Positions 49,800 to 61,394 of a stretch of DNA of 64,000 nt are shown here, in pieces; within the stretch, counting starts at the first letter, position 1; each line of letters starts with the position of its first letter. The notes beneath the pieces are model-generated. The model was not told where the DNA came from. It saw only the letters and a program-made list of their open reading frames with translations, and searched no databases. Source of the stretch: Mobula hypostoma (Eukaryota); the NCBI RefSeq assembly GCF_963921235.1, contig NC_086097.1:30382001-30446000 (forward strand), read 5' to 3'. A program made the translations under genes and the position numbers.

Positions 49800-52297
49800 G
49801 AGTTTTCAGAAACAGCTTGCCAATTAGATATTTGAAAGTGAAGCGATTGCTAGGTTACATTTCATTTCTTTTTAGAAAGATCTGGATTTAACTCAAAAGA
49901 GTTTGCAATAAAGTTTAGTTTATATAAAAAACACACAAAAAACGAGAGTGTAGTATTTAGATTCCTCCCAGAAGTGGGTCCATTTACCATGCAGAAAGAT
50001 ACTCTCGTCCAAAATATATTCACAAACTCTTTTGGAGTTACGGGTTTTTTTGCACTGGAACATAAAGCAAAAACTTGTACATTTTTTTAAATATAGAAAA
50101 ACAAACTGATCCCTTCATTTTTTTGTCATATGCTCAAAGCAGATATATATATATATTTTTACACAAAGTAGGCTTTTCCAGCAGAGGGCTCACCAACAGA
50201 GTGAAGGAGAGAGGTAGGTAACAGAGGATGAGGTGGAAGAACCAGGAAGCCGAGAGTCTGAGGGAATAACTTGTGTGTACTCTGTTCCTTAACTTTCATA
50301 TGCCTGAATTAAACTCTACTTGACAATGAGGGTACAGACTAGATAATGGGGGGGGGGGCATACAAAGCGCCAAGAAATAGGGAAGTTATTTCAGAAGGTT
50401 TGGCCATCTACGTCACACTGGCTGAAAATATATGACCATCCACTCTGCCTCTGTAAAATGAAGACTGATCTTCCAGTGGTAAGCAGAGTGGCATATGTAA
50501 ATAACCTGGGGCAGGAGGGAAAGAGTGTTCTGCTGCCTCAGTCCTTTACTTTCTCCACACCTCCCCCCTCAGCAAGAACTGAAGAAAATGCTCCTAATTT
50601 CCATCTGTGCCTTCACTGTGGTGTTTGTGACCCAGTACATGCTCTCCTAAAACCAGGCGGGAACGGTGGCGAAACAAGTTGTCATTTTTGTGTGGGCCAG
50701 CTGAACTTGCCAAATTGATTTAGTATTCAGATTTTTTTTTAAATGATATACTTTTGATCTTTAGCCAGACGTAATATTAGTGATGGTAAGACATAGGGCA
50801 AAATAAAACGACGTGCAAGAGAAATGCCACCAAACTCCCTTTTCTTTCCCCAAAACATAAATTAAGGAATGGCATCTAAACAAACTTGAATATCTTTCTT
50901 AAGTTATTCAATCAAATATACACAGATTCCTTAAATATATACATATGTACAAAAGTTTTGATCATACACTTACAATTGTTTATTATAGGTCAGTATGGAA
51001 GGTACATAGTTCACAATATATTTATATATATATTTATATATTTAAAAAAATCAGCAGATCAGACTTTGACAGTTGCTACAACAATCCAGCCTCCAGGTGC
51101 ACACACACCCCTCCAATACTGTAATCACTCCCAGGTTCCACTGACCTCAAGAGCAAAGATAATGCAAGAGCATCCATTGGCTGCACCATTATGGGACTGT
51201 GCTGCGTGCTAACAGCTACCATTAAAGTCCCCCAACAATGACTGCACTCTAAGGTAACTCTGCATACATGCAGGTCCTGTCCAAAGGGGAGGAGGGGAGT
51301 TGGCTGCTACAAGGCACTTTAAGTAAGTGGTGATTCCGTCTGAAAGGGGAAGCACTGATCGCCCAACTTGTTTCTGGGTGTCAGTCCACTGATCTGCTCC
51401 CACCACAACCTCCCTCCCATCTCCCCTCCCTCACTCTCATCGAGCTACAAAGTCTTTGGAAGCAACCGTCCTACTCCCACCAAGGCTGGACTTGGTGGTG
51501 ACAATTCCCGAGCAACGACAAGATCTTGATCTGTCTTGCGACTACCACCCTTCCCCACCTTTCTCTGCACTTCACATAAACACAGCCCACCCCTCCCTCC
51601 TTACCTTATCCTCCTTCCCTGGGCTGGGGAAAGCTAGCAACTTCCCAAAGGCAGCGAGTTCAGGAGGGAGCAGGTCCACCTATGTCACTGGCACCAGGTG
51701 AGGGGTGGTGGGAGAAGGGGTGGTTCTGGGTAGATGCTTGTATAAACTTACAAGTCCCCCACACTCCACCCCAGCTGGCTCACAAAATCCAGAGAGCCAA
51801 GAGGCCAAGCCATTAAGGTCATGGTTATGGAGTGCCGTGTGCCCGCAGGTGCCCATGTACAGAAAAGGAAGATACACCGCAGTACTACAAGCCAAATATC
51901 CATTTGTAAACAGTACGTGAAGCTGAAAGAGTACACTTACGGTGACAGAAAACAGGCAAAGCTTGGTTCCTCATTCCTCTGGGATCGGCAAGGTCCGAAC
52001 CCGCCCACCCCACCCTTCCCCCATGAACTGTCATGAGAAATTAATACCAAAAATAGCAACTAGCAAAGAGATCTTGACACTGGACAAGTCACCAATAATT
52101 TATACAGGATTTGAAAAGACAATGGTAAATAAATGCTCTATACACACAGCAGAAGAGACACTGATTGAGTATGAAGACTTTAACAAATGTTTTCAGTCTT
52201 AACACAATGAGGTGTAACAAGAAATCTCAATATTCACCTCCCTTTGTTTGTTTTTGAAAAGGAAAAAAAACTGTAGGCACAAACAATTCCCCGTTAC
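49485..52297 (-). other. jag2: Putative jag2 3'UTR (~2.8 kb, no recognisable interspersed repeats)
   Basis: Directly follows the stop codon, has AU-rich blocks, and ends in a cluster of minus-strand poly(A) hexamers; transposon sequence resumes beyond it. Confidence 0.7.
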
Positions 52298-52749
52298 TCA
52301 CACAGAGAGATCCTTATCTCCTTCATGGTTCATTGCGTTCACATTTTTCAGACAACGGTTGTCCCATTTGCTTGTCCGATGTGGCTGCCTGACTGGAGTT
52401 AACTGTGTCGAGTTTACGTCACCTTTCGTAGGCAAGAATGTTATTGTACATCGCTGGGAGGGGCACTTGTCAACACTCAGCTCCTCCACCTCCTCGGTGG
52501 ACATCAGAGACCGGTTATGGGGAGCCATGAGGTTCCTGCACTCGTACTGAAGGTCCCTGTTGCTGCAGGGTTTGTCAATGGGGTTCCTGATGGGCTTGAG
52601 GGGCTCCCACTGATTGTTGACTGAATCTTCTGTGGGTGGGCGGCTTCTCTCCCTCTCTTTTCGCCGCTTCCGCGTCCACCACACGCAGATGCTGATGCAG
52701 ATCAGCCAGATCGTGCCGAACACCACGCTCAACACAGGGACCAGGTATG
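52298..52749 (-). CDS. jag2: Jagged-2 terminal coding exon: transmembrane helix and intracellular domain, stop TGA at 52298-52300
   Basis: Acceptor gtgcag|CATAC completes the split GCA codon. Encodes the TM segment YLVPVLSVVFGTIWLICISICVWW, stop-transfer TRKRRKERERSR, NNQWEPLKPIRNPIDK and KWDNR, all typical of JAG2. Confidence 0.93.
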
Positions 52750-53234
52750 CTGCACGGTTGGGGGGGGGGGGAGGGAAAAGGGAGGGCGTGGGGGGGAGGG
52801 AGACAAACAAGTTTTGAGATAACTATTAATGAAAGTTTGATGAAAAGAATGATTGATCTGTATGGATCGTCTGCAAAACAAAATTTTTCACTGTAACACA
52901 GTACATGTGACAATAAACAAATTAACTAATCTATTGCTCTGTGCCATGCTCTGTCTAGTACCTGTGCAGATGCCTGAACATGCTGTTACTTACTGTCTTG
53001 CCTCCACCAGCTTGCTCCAGACACCAACTCCACTTTGTGTGGAAAACCTTAGTCCTCGTACCCTCTTTAAACCTCTCTCCTCACCTTAAAACTGTACCCT
53101 CTAGTCTTATTCAACCCTACTATGGTAGGATAAACAGACTCTGGTTACCCATCCTCTAATACTGCCATATACCCCTCTCATGTCAACCCTTCAGCCTCCT
53201 TTAATCCTGGGAAAAACAGACCAATTTTATACAA

Positions 53235-53570
53235 CACGGGATTTTGCACAGATACTAGAAATCTTGAGGAACACGTACAAAATACTGGAGGAACTCAGCA
53301 GGTCAGGTAGCATCTATGGAGAAGAATGAACAGTCGATATTTCCCGCTGGATGGGAAAGGAAAGGGGCAGATGCCAGAATAAGACAGGTGAGGGGGAGTG
53401 GAGGAACACAAGTTGATAGGTGAGAGGTGAAGCCATGTGAGGGGGAAGGTGGGTGGGGGAAGAGGGATGAACTGAGAAGCTGGGAGGGGTGAGGTGAAAA
53501 TGGTAAAGGACTGAAGAACAAGGAATCTGATTGGAGAGGAGAGTGGACTATGGAAGAAATGGAGGAGAGG
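53235..53570 (-). mobile_element. Old Penelope pLTR remnant in the last jag2 intron
   Basis: CTGGAGGAACTCAGCAGGTCAGGTAGCATCTATGG followed by a purine-rich pLTR; hammerhead core eroded. Confidence 0.65.
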
Positions 53571-54049
53571 AATAAAAAGGTGTTCTCACGCTTTCTCTTC
53601 TCCTCAGTCTCTCCTGATAACTCAAGACCTCCAATTATTTCAGCACCCTTAGTTTAATCATACCTTTCTTGTACTGGAACTGCACCCCATGTCCCAAATG
53701 CGGGCTGACCAATATTATGTACAACTATTACATGATGTCCCCAAGACTTTAAGAGGCGACCCCCAAATTATGGCTGTTCAGGTTACCAAAATTCAACCTC
53801 AAAGAATTCACAAATCGCTGAATTTGATTTCATGGAATGTATATTGGAAAAAATAAATCAACAAAAACTGCACTGTGAAGAGAACACCACCATCTGCACT
53901 GGGTCAAGCTCCAATCTTAAGTTTGTCCTCCAGTCTGTCTTACATATGAGAGACTAATGAGACAGATCTAGAGGGCTTAGCTTCAGTCTAACAATAAGGC
54001 AGCCAAACAGATTTATAGGCAACAGGAGTTAAAAAAAAGTCAGTGTTAC

Positions 54050-54206
54050 CTGGTTGGGGGAGAGGAATGTACGCCGTCTCTACCTTCACTTCAACAACCG
54101 CAAGCATCACAGTGCTGTTTTGCCACTGAGTGATGCTGTCAACCATCTTTGTCACCACCTCCCTGATCAGGGCTCCATCCTGGTCCTCGGCCTGCGGGGT
54201 GAACGA
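54050..54206 (-). CDS. jag2: Jagged-2 penultimate coding exon (juxtamembrane), 157 bp, phase 0/1
   Basis: ccacag|TCGTTC ... CAACCAG|gtaaca. Translates SFTPQAEDQDGALIREVVTKMVDSITQWQNSTVMLAVVEVKVETAYIPLPQP, with the Jagged-type NSxxxLAVxEVKVET motif. Confidence 0.92.
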
Positions 54207-55064
54207 CTGTGGTGTTGGAGAGATGGCAGAGAAAAGAACCTGAGAATTGGTAAAACAGGCAGACAGCAACTGTCTGTCAAGCAACACACCACATCCACAG
54301 ACCTGGTGAGCAATCTCAACAACAATCAACTGCACTAGTGGGCATCTATCTCCCCACAAACATCTCCCTGATCATTTCCCAACCTTTTGGAATGGTTGGG
54401 GTTGGGTAAACTGCTCCCCACTCTGTCCCCTCCATATTTGCCCAGTTCCTCCTATTCTCACCCCAGCACCGAGGGATGTAATGAAGGAGTTTCAGTTTTT
54501 CACCACATCTAGCTGAGTTGCTGCTTCAGACAGGGGGTGGGGGAAGAGAAGAGCAGCAAGGACTGTGATTGTGGGTTCCAACAAAACTGCACATCATATC
54601 AAGGGAGTTCCAAGATGCCCCCCATTGGGATATCTAAGAGGCAGCTCTCCATCACTCTGAAAGTTTGGAACAGACAACATGCAGAACTTTCATTTACAAT
54701 ATTCTCTCAGAGGGAGGTGAATTTCTTGAATCCTCTACCCCCGGGATCACCGGAGGTATTTAGGTTAGGAAATACCACTAGTGGACAACCAGGGAAGTGA
54801 GGTGATGGGGAACAGGCAGAGAGGAGGGGCTGGGGCCTGGGTCAGATCATCCATTATCATACTGAATGGTGGGGCAGGTCTGAGGAGCGCCAAATGGCCT
54901 ATCCCTGCTCCCATTTCCTTCTGTTCTTACAAAGCCAGGTCAAGAGGGGCAGGAGATTAAGCAAGCTGTGATGGACAAATTCAGGAGGCATCAGATGACT
55001 CTGGGGCGTATGTAACGGTGTGATCAGGAGCAAGACCGGTTGGGTGCTGGAGGCAGTTACTTAC

Positions 55065-55196
55065 AACGGCCACTTCCACTGCACTGTTGGTGGCGTTGGC
55101 GAAGTCACACAACACAAACAAGGCCCGGTCCCTGGACAGGCTGCGTAGCATGGGCAAGTATCTCAGCTCCCAGCAGATATATTCTACCGTGATGCC
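55065..55196 (-). CDS. jag2: Jagged-2 coding exon, 132 bp, phase 0/0 (missing from the ORF track)
   Basis: ttctag|GGCATC ... GCCGTT|gtaagt. Translates GITVEYICWELRYLPMLRSLSRDRALFVLCDFANATNSAVEVAV, similar to the JAG2 GTTV..IC...RDR...LCD...SAVEVAV exon. Confidence 0.92.
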
Positions 55197-55407
55197 CTAG
55201 AAAGGAGAACGTGAAGGTAATTCTAGAGGCACACACTACCCCAGCAAATTTCACAACCCTTTCGCTAACATTTCTTGAACACTAATAGAGACAGACAGAT
55301 TCAGACATTGAGATGCAAAGGGACTTGGGAGTCCTTCTGCAGGATTCTCTGAAGGACTTTTATCACTCGGTATTATTTATTTACTTTTCTATAATTTGCA
55401 TATAACT

Positions 55408-56455
55408 ACATAACAATTACAACACGGAAACAGGCCATCTCGGCCCTTCTAGTCTGTGCCGAACGCTTACTCTCACCGAGTCCCATCTACCTGCACTCAG
55501 CCCACAACCCTCCATTTTTTTCCTGTCCATATACCTATCCAATTTTTTTTTTTAATGACAATATCGAACCTCTCTCTACCACTTCTACTGGAAGCTCGTT
55601 CCACACAGCTACCACCCTCTGAGTAAAGAAGTTCCCCCTCGTGTTACCCCTAAACTTTTGTCCCCTAACTCTCAACTTATGTCCTCTTGTTTGAATCTCC
55701 TCTACTCTCAATGGAAAAAGTCTATCCATGTCAACTCTATCTATCCCCCTCAATTTTAAATACCTCTATCAAGTCCCCACTCAACCTTCTACGCTCCAAA
55801 GAATGAAGTCCCAACTTGTTCAATCTTTCTCTGTAACTTAGGTGATGAAACTCAGGTAACATTCTAGTTAATCTCCTCTGTACTCTCTCTATTTTGTTGA
55901 CATCTTCCCTATAATTTGGTGACCAAAACTGTACACAATACTCCAAATTTGGCCTCACCAATGCCTTGTACAATTTTAACATTACATCCCAACTCCTATA
56001 CTCAATGCTCTGATTTATAAAGGCCAGCATACCAAAAACTTTCTTCACCACCCTATCCACATGAGATTCCACCTTCAGGGAACTATGCACCATTATTCCT
56101 AGATCACTCTGTTCTACTGCATTCCTCAATGCCCTACTATTTACCATGTATGTCCTATTTTGATTACTCGTACCAAAATGTAGTACCTCACACTTACCAG
56201 CATTAAACTCCATCTGCCATCTTTCAGCCCACTCTTCTAACCGGCCTAAATCTCTCTGCAAGCTTCGAAAACCTACTTCATTCTCCACAACGCCACCTAT
56301 CTTAGTATCATCTGCATACTTACTAATCCAATGTACCACCCCATCGTCCAGATCATTAATATATATGACAAATGACATTGGACCCAGTACAGATCCCTGA
56401 GGCACATCACTCGTCACCGGCCTCCAACCTGACAAACAGTTATCCACCACTGCTC
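55408..56455 (-). mobile_element. CR1 LINE in a jag2 intron, sense orientation
   Basis: ORF 55737-56450: VPQGSVLGP, YADD, LYKALVRPNLEYCVQFWSP; one frameshift. Confidence 0.93.
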
Positions 56456-56639
56456 TCTACTACTACTACTACTCGCATGATTTGTCTTCTTTTGCACATT
56501 CATTGCTTGTCTGTCTTTGTTATAGTTTTTCATAAATTATATTCTATTTCTTTATTTTCCTGAAATTCCTGCAAGAAAACGGATGTCAAGGTAGTATATG
56601 GTGACACATACGTACTCTAACAATAAATTTACTCTTGAA

Positions 56640-57235
56640 CTTTGAGTTGGTAGTGAGGAAGGCAAATGCAATGTTAGCATTCATTTCCAGAGGACTAGAA
56701 CATAAAAGCAAGGATGTACTGCTGAGGCTTTATAAGGTATTGGTCAGACCACAGTTTGAGCATTGCGAGCAGTTTTCGGTCACTTATCTAATAAAGCATG
56801 TGCTGGTATTGGAAAGGGTCTAGAGGAGGTTCACGAAAATGGTCCCGGAAATGAACAGGTTAACATATGAAGAGTGTTTAATGGATCTGGGCCTGTACTT
56901 GCTGGAGTTTAGAAGAATGAGTGGGAGATCTCATAGAAACCTAGCAAATATTTAAAAGTCTTGAGGTAGTGTACATGGAGAGGATGCTTCTGATAGCAGG
57001 AGAGTCTTGTACCAGAGGGCACAGCCTCAGAATACAAGAATGTCCTTTTACAACAGAGATGGAGGAACTTATTTAGCCAGGGGGTGGAGAATCTGTGGAA
57101 TTCATTGCCTCAGACGGCTGTGGAGGCCAAGTCATTGAGTATATTTAAATTGGAGCTTGATGAGATTCTCCATTAATAAAGACGTTAAAGGTTACAAACA
57201 GAAGGCAAGAGAGTGGGGTTGAGAGGAAAAAGTTA
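56640..57235 (+). mobile_element. Degenerate CR1 3' fragment
   Basis: VVRKANAMLAFISRGLEHKSKDVLLRLYK. Confidence 0.85.
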
Positions 57236-57809
57236 ATTGGTCTCCCATGTTTTCATCATGATCATTTTTGAAGCTTGCATGATTTCTAGGTTTAGTGAAA
57301 ATATTTTTGTAAGAACAAAACACAAATCACAGAGTTATTTGCTAAGAGAATAAAAAACCAACTTCATTTGGAGTTTTTTTTGAGAAAAAATTATTTGAAT
57401 CAGTGTCATGTTTTATATATTGAACTTTTCTTTCTGCATTACGGTTTGGCTGATCATCTTGATTCTGTACATCAAGAAAGAGTGGTGGAAGTTGTACTGA
57501 GAAATGAAATTCTTAGATGAACATGGAAGTGTTTTACAAAATGTTGCCTGAGGATATATGGCTGTACCTGACAGTATTTTGCTTCTTCAGATACAAGAAA
57601 TGATATGGACTTAGAGAATTACTATATTTGTGCTTCTTTAAAAATGATTAATTTTTGACAGTGGTACAATGTGCTCTTGAGAAACAATTGGGAGTAGAGA
57701 TAAGTACTCAAAAGTATGAGGGGTATAGATAGGGCATATGCAAGCAAGCCTTTTTCCACTGACTTTGGTCAAGCCTAGAACTAAAGGTCATAGGTTAAGG
57801 GTTAAAGAA

Positions 57810-58890
57810 CAGAAATCTACACATTACAGACCTTTCGGCCCACAATGTTGTGCTGACCAGGTAACCTAGTCAAGAAACTGCCTAGAATTTCCCTACCGCA
57901 TAGCTCTCTATTTTTCTAATCTCCATGCACCTATCTTAAAAGACCCTATTGCATCCACCTCTACCGCGTTGCTCTGTGTGAAAAACTTACCTCTGACATC
58001 CTTCTTGTACCTACTTCCAAGCCCCCTCATGTTAGCAATTTCAGCCCTGGGAAAAAGCGTGTGAGCCATCTCAGCCCTGGGAAAATGTCCCTGAACATCT
58101 GTCACATTTCTGCCGTGCATTTCCCTGAGAATATCGGCTCCAAATTTATGCTCCCAAGTTTCTGCCTAATAGCATATTTCCCCTAGCCCAATTAAATGTT
58201 TTCCCAAATTTTCTGTTCCTATCCCTCTCTAGCACTATAAGTAAAGGGGAGAGAGTTGGGATCACCACCTCAAAAATGCTCTCCCACCGAGAGATCTGAC
58301 ACCCTGACCAGGTTCATTTCCCAATACCAGATCAAGTACAGCCTCTCCTCTAGTTGGCTTATTTACATATTGTATCAGGAAATCTTCCTGAACACACCTA
58401 ACAAACTCTACCCCATCCAAATTCCTTGCTCTGAGGAGATGCCAGTTAATATTAGGGAAGTTAAAGTCGCCTGTCACAACAACCTTATTATTATTACTAC
58501 ACTGTTCCAGAATCTTGCTCCCTATCTGCTCCTCAAAGTCTCTATAACTATTGGGGGGGGGGGGTCTATAAAACAATACCCAGTAAAATTATTGCCCCCT
58601 TCCTGGTTCTGACTTCCACCCACACTGGCTCAGTAGACAGTCCCTCCATGACTTCCTCCTTTTCTGCAGCCGTGACACTATCCCTGATTAGCAATGCCAC
58701 ATCCCCACCTCTTTTGCCTCCCTCCCTGTTCTTCTTGAAACATCTAAAGCCTGGCACACTTAGCAGCCATTCCTGCTCCTGGGACATCCAAATCTCTGCA
58801 AAGGCCACAACGACATAGCTCCATGCATTGATTCATGCTCTAAGTTCATCTGCCATGTTTATGATACTTGCATTAAAATAGACAAATCTC
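57810..58890 (-). mobile_element. CR1 fragments including the APE endonuclease domain
   Basis: YRPPP, VVTGDFNFPNINW, PTRGEAVLDLVLGNE. Confidence 0.85.
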
Positions 58891-59299
58891 AAGCCATTTA
58901 AAGGTTAAATATTAAAGGAGAAATTGACGGTGAACTTCTTCACTCAGAGGGTGGATGAGCTGCCAGCAGAAGTGGTGAATTCGGGTTTGATTGCAACATT
59001 TACGAAAAGTTTAGATAAGTACTTGGATGGGAGGGGTATGGAAGGCTATAGTCCGGGTGCAGGTGAATGGAACTAGGCAGAATAACAGTTTGGAATGGAT
59101 TAGATGGGCTGAAGGGCCTATTTCTGTGCTGTAGTGCCCTATTGCTCTATGAAATCAGCCATGATAAAATGGCAGAGGAGACTCAATGGGCCAAATAGCC
59201 TAATACTGCTTATATCTAAACATTTAATCAGTAGATGATGGATGGATCACAGTACAAAGTGAGTAACAATGGATACAGAGAGCCAAACATGGTAGGTGA

Positions 59300-60800
59300 T
59301 ACACACAAAATGCTGGAGAAACTCAGCAGGCCAGGCAGCATCTATGGAAAAAAAATACATTTGACATTTTGGGCTGAACCCTTCAGCAGGACTGGAGAAA
59401 AAAAAATGAGGAGTAGAGTTAAAAGATGGGGGGAGAGGAGAGAGAAATACAAAGTGATAGGTGAAACCTGGAGGGAGAGAGGTGAAGTAAAGTGCTGGGA
59501 AGTTGGTTGGTGAAAGAGATACAGAACTGGAGAAGGGGGAAGCTGACAGGATAGGACAGTAGGCAATGGAAGGAAGGAAAGTGGGGAGGAGCACCAGAGG
59601 GAGATGATGGGCAGGCAAGAAGATATGGGGAGAGGGGGAAAAGAGGCTGGGAAATGTGAACGGAGAGGGGGTGGGGGTATTACTGGAAATCTGAGAAATC
59701 GATGTTCATGCCATCAGGTTGGAGGCTACCCAAACAGAATATAAGGTGTTGCTCCTCCACCCCAGTTGTGGCCTCATCACAACAGTGGAGGAGGCAACGG
59801 ATGGACACATCAGAATGGGAATGGGGAATTAAAATGGGTGGCCACTGGGAGATCCCACTTTTTCTGGAAGATGGAACGTAGGTGCTTGGCAAAGTAGTTT
59901 CCCAATCTACATCGGATCACACTGATATACAGAAGGCCACACCGGGAGCACTGGACACAGTACATGACCCAATATACTCACAGATGAAGTGTCACCTCAC
60001 CTGGAAGGACTGTTTGGGGCCATGAATGATAGTGAGGGAGGTGGTGTAGGGATAGGTGTGGCACTTGTTCCACTTGCAAGGGTAAGTGCCAGGAGGAAGA
60101 TCAGTGGGGAAGGATGAATGGACAAGGGAGTCTCATAGGGAGCATTCCATGCGGAAAGCAGAAATGGGGTGGTGGGGGTTAGAAAAGAAAGATATGCTTC
60201 GTGTAGGATCCTGCTGAAGACGGCAGAAGTTCCGGAGAATTACAGAATTATGTGCTGGACACGAAGGCTGGCAGGATGGTAAGTGGGGAGAGGAGGAATC
60301 TATCCCAGGTAGGGTGGCAGGAGGATGGGGTCAGAGCAGATGTATGTGAAATAGAAGAGATGTGGTTGAGGGCAACATTGATGGTGGAGGAAGGGAAGTT
60401 CCCTTCTTTGAAAAAGGAGGACATTTCCTTCGATCTGGAATGAAACGCCTCATCCTAACAGCAGAGTGGCAGAGACGGAGGAAGTGAGAGAAGGGAATGG
60501 CATTTTTACAAGTAACAGGGTGAGAAGAGTTATAGTCCAGGCAGCTATGAGTGTCCGTGGGTTTATAACAGACATCAGTAGATAATCTGTTTTCAGAGAT
60601 AGAGGCAGTGAGATCGAGAAAGGGGAGAAAGTGTCAGAAGTGGATCAGGTAAATTTGAAGGCAGGGTGGAAGCTGGAGGCAAAGTTGATGAAGTCAGCGA
60701 GCTCGGCATGGATGCAGGAAGCAGCACCAATGGAGTCGTCGATGTAGCGTAGGAAAAGTGTAGGACAGTCACCAGTGTAGGCTTGGAACATAGACTGTAG
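59300..60800 (-). mobile_element. Older Penelope-like element (end of RT, GIY-YIG, pLTR) in a jag2 intron
   Basis: EEQHLIFCLGSLQPDGMNIDFS; YKPTD-type segment near 60560; degenerate hammerhead 59359-59393. Confidence 0.88.
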
Positions 60801-61394
60801 GTGATGGCTGGTTTAAAGGGATAAAATTTAATATGGTCTTGAAGGGCCAATTTATTTTTTCACACCAGGCCCTGCTCTCGTCTCACAGCTACAATTGGGC
60901 AGGAGGTACAGAAGCCTGAAGTCCCAGACCACCAGGTTCAGGAACAACTACTTCTTAAACCAATCACTACCTTGAAGGAGCAATAGTAGGACCACATTGC
61001 ACTACAATGGACTTTGTATCACATTCTTTCTGTGTTTATATGACCCACATTTCATGTGCTTTTGCTGAATGACTTATCTGTATCCTTACAACAGAGAACA
61101 GTAGAGGCCCTTCAGCCCACAAAGTTGTGCTATTCTTTTAACCTATTCCAAAATCAAACAAATCCATCCCTTCCACATAGCTTCTTTTCTTTCACCCCAC
61201 TGCCAAACCACATTTTCTTGCTTACAAGTCCCCATCAGCACCTCTTCTCTGATCCCTGACTGGATCCCCATGAACAAGGCTACTCCCTTGTTGTCTCATG
61301 CCCTCCTCCTCCATCAAGGGTTGCAATGGGTCTCGCAAGCAATGCTTGAAAGTAACTGGGTGGGCACTCGTCACATCATTCCACTGTGATGATG

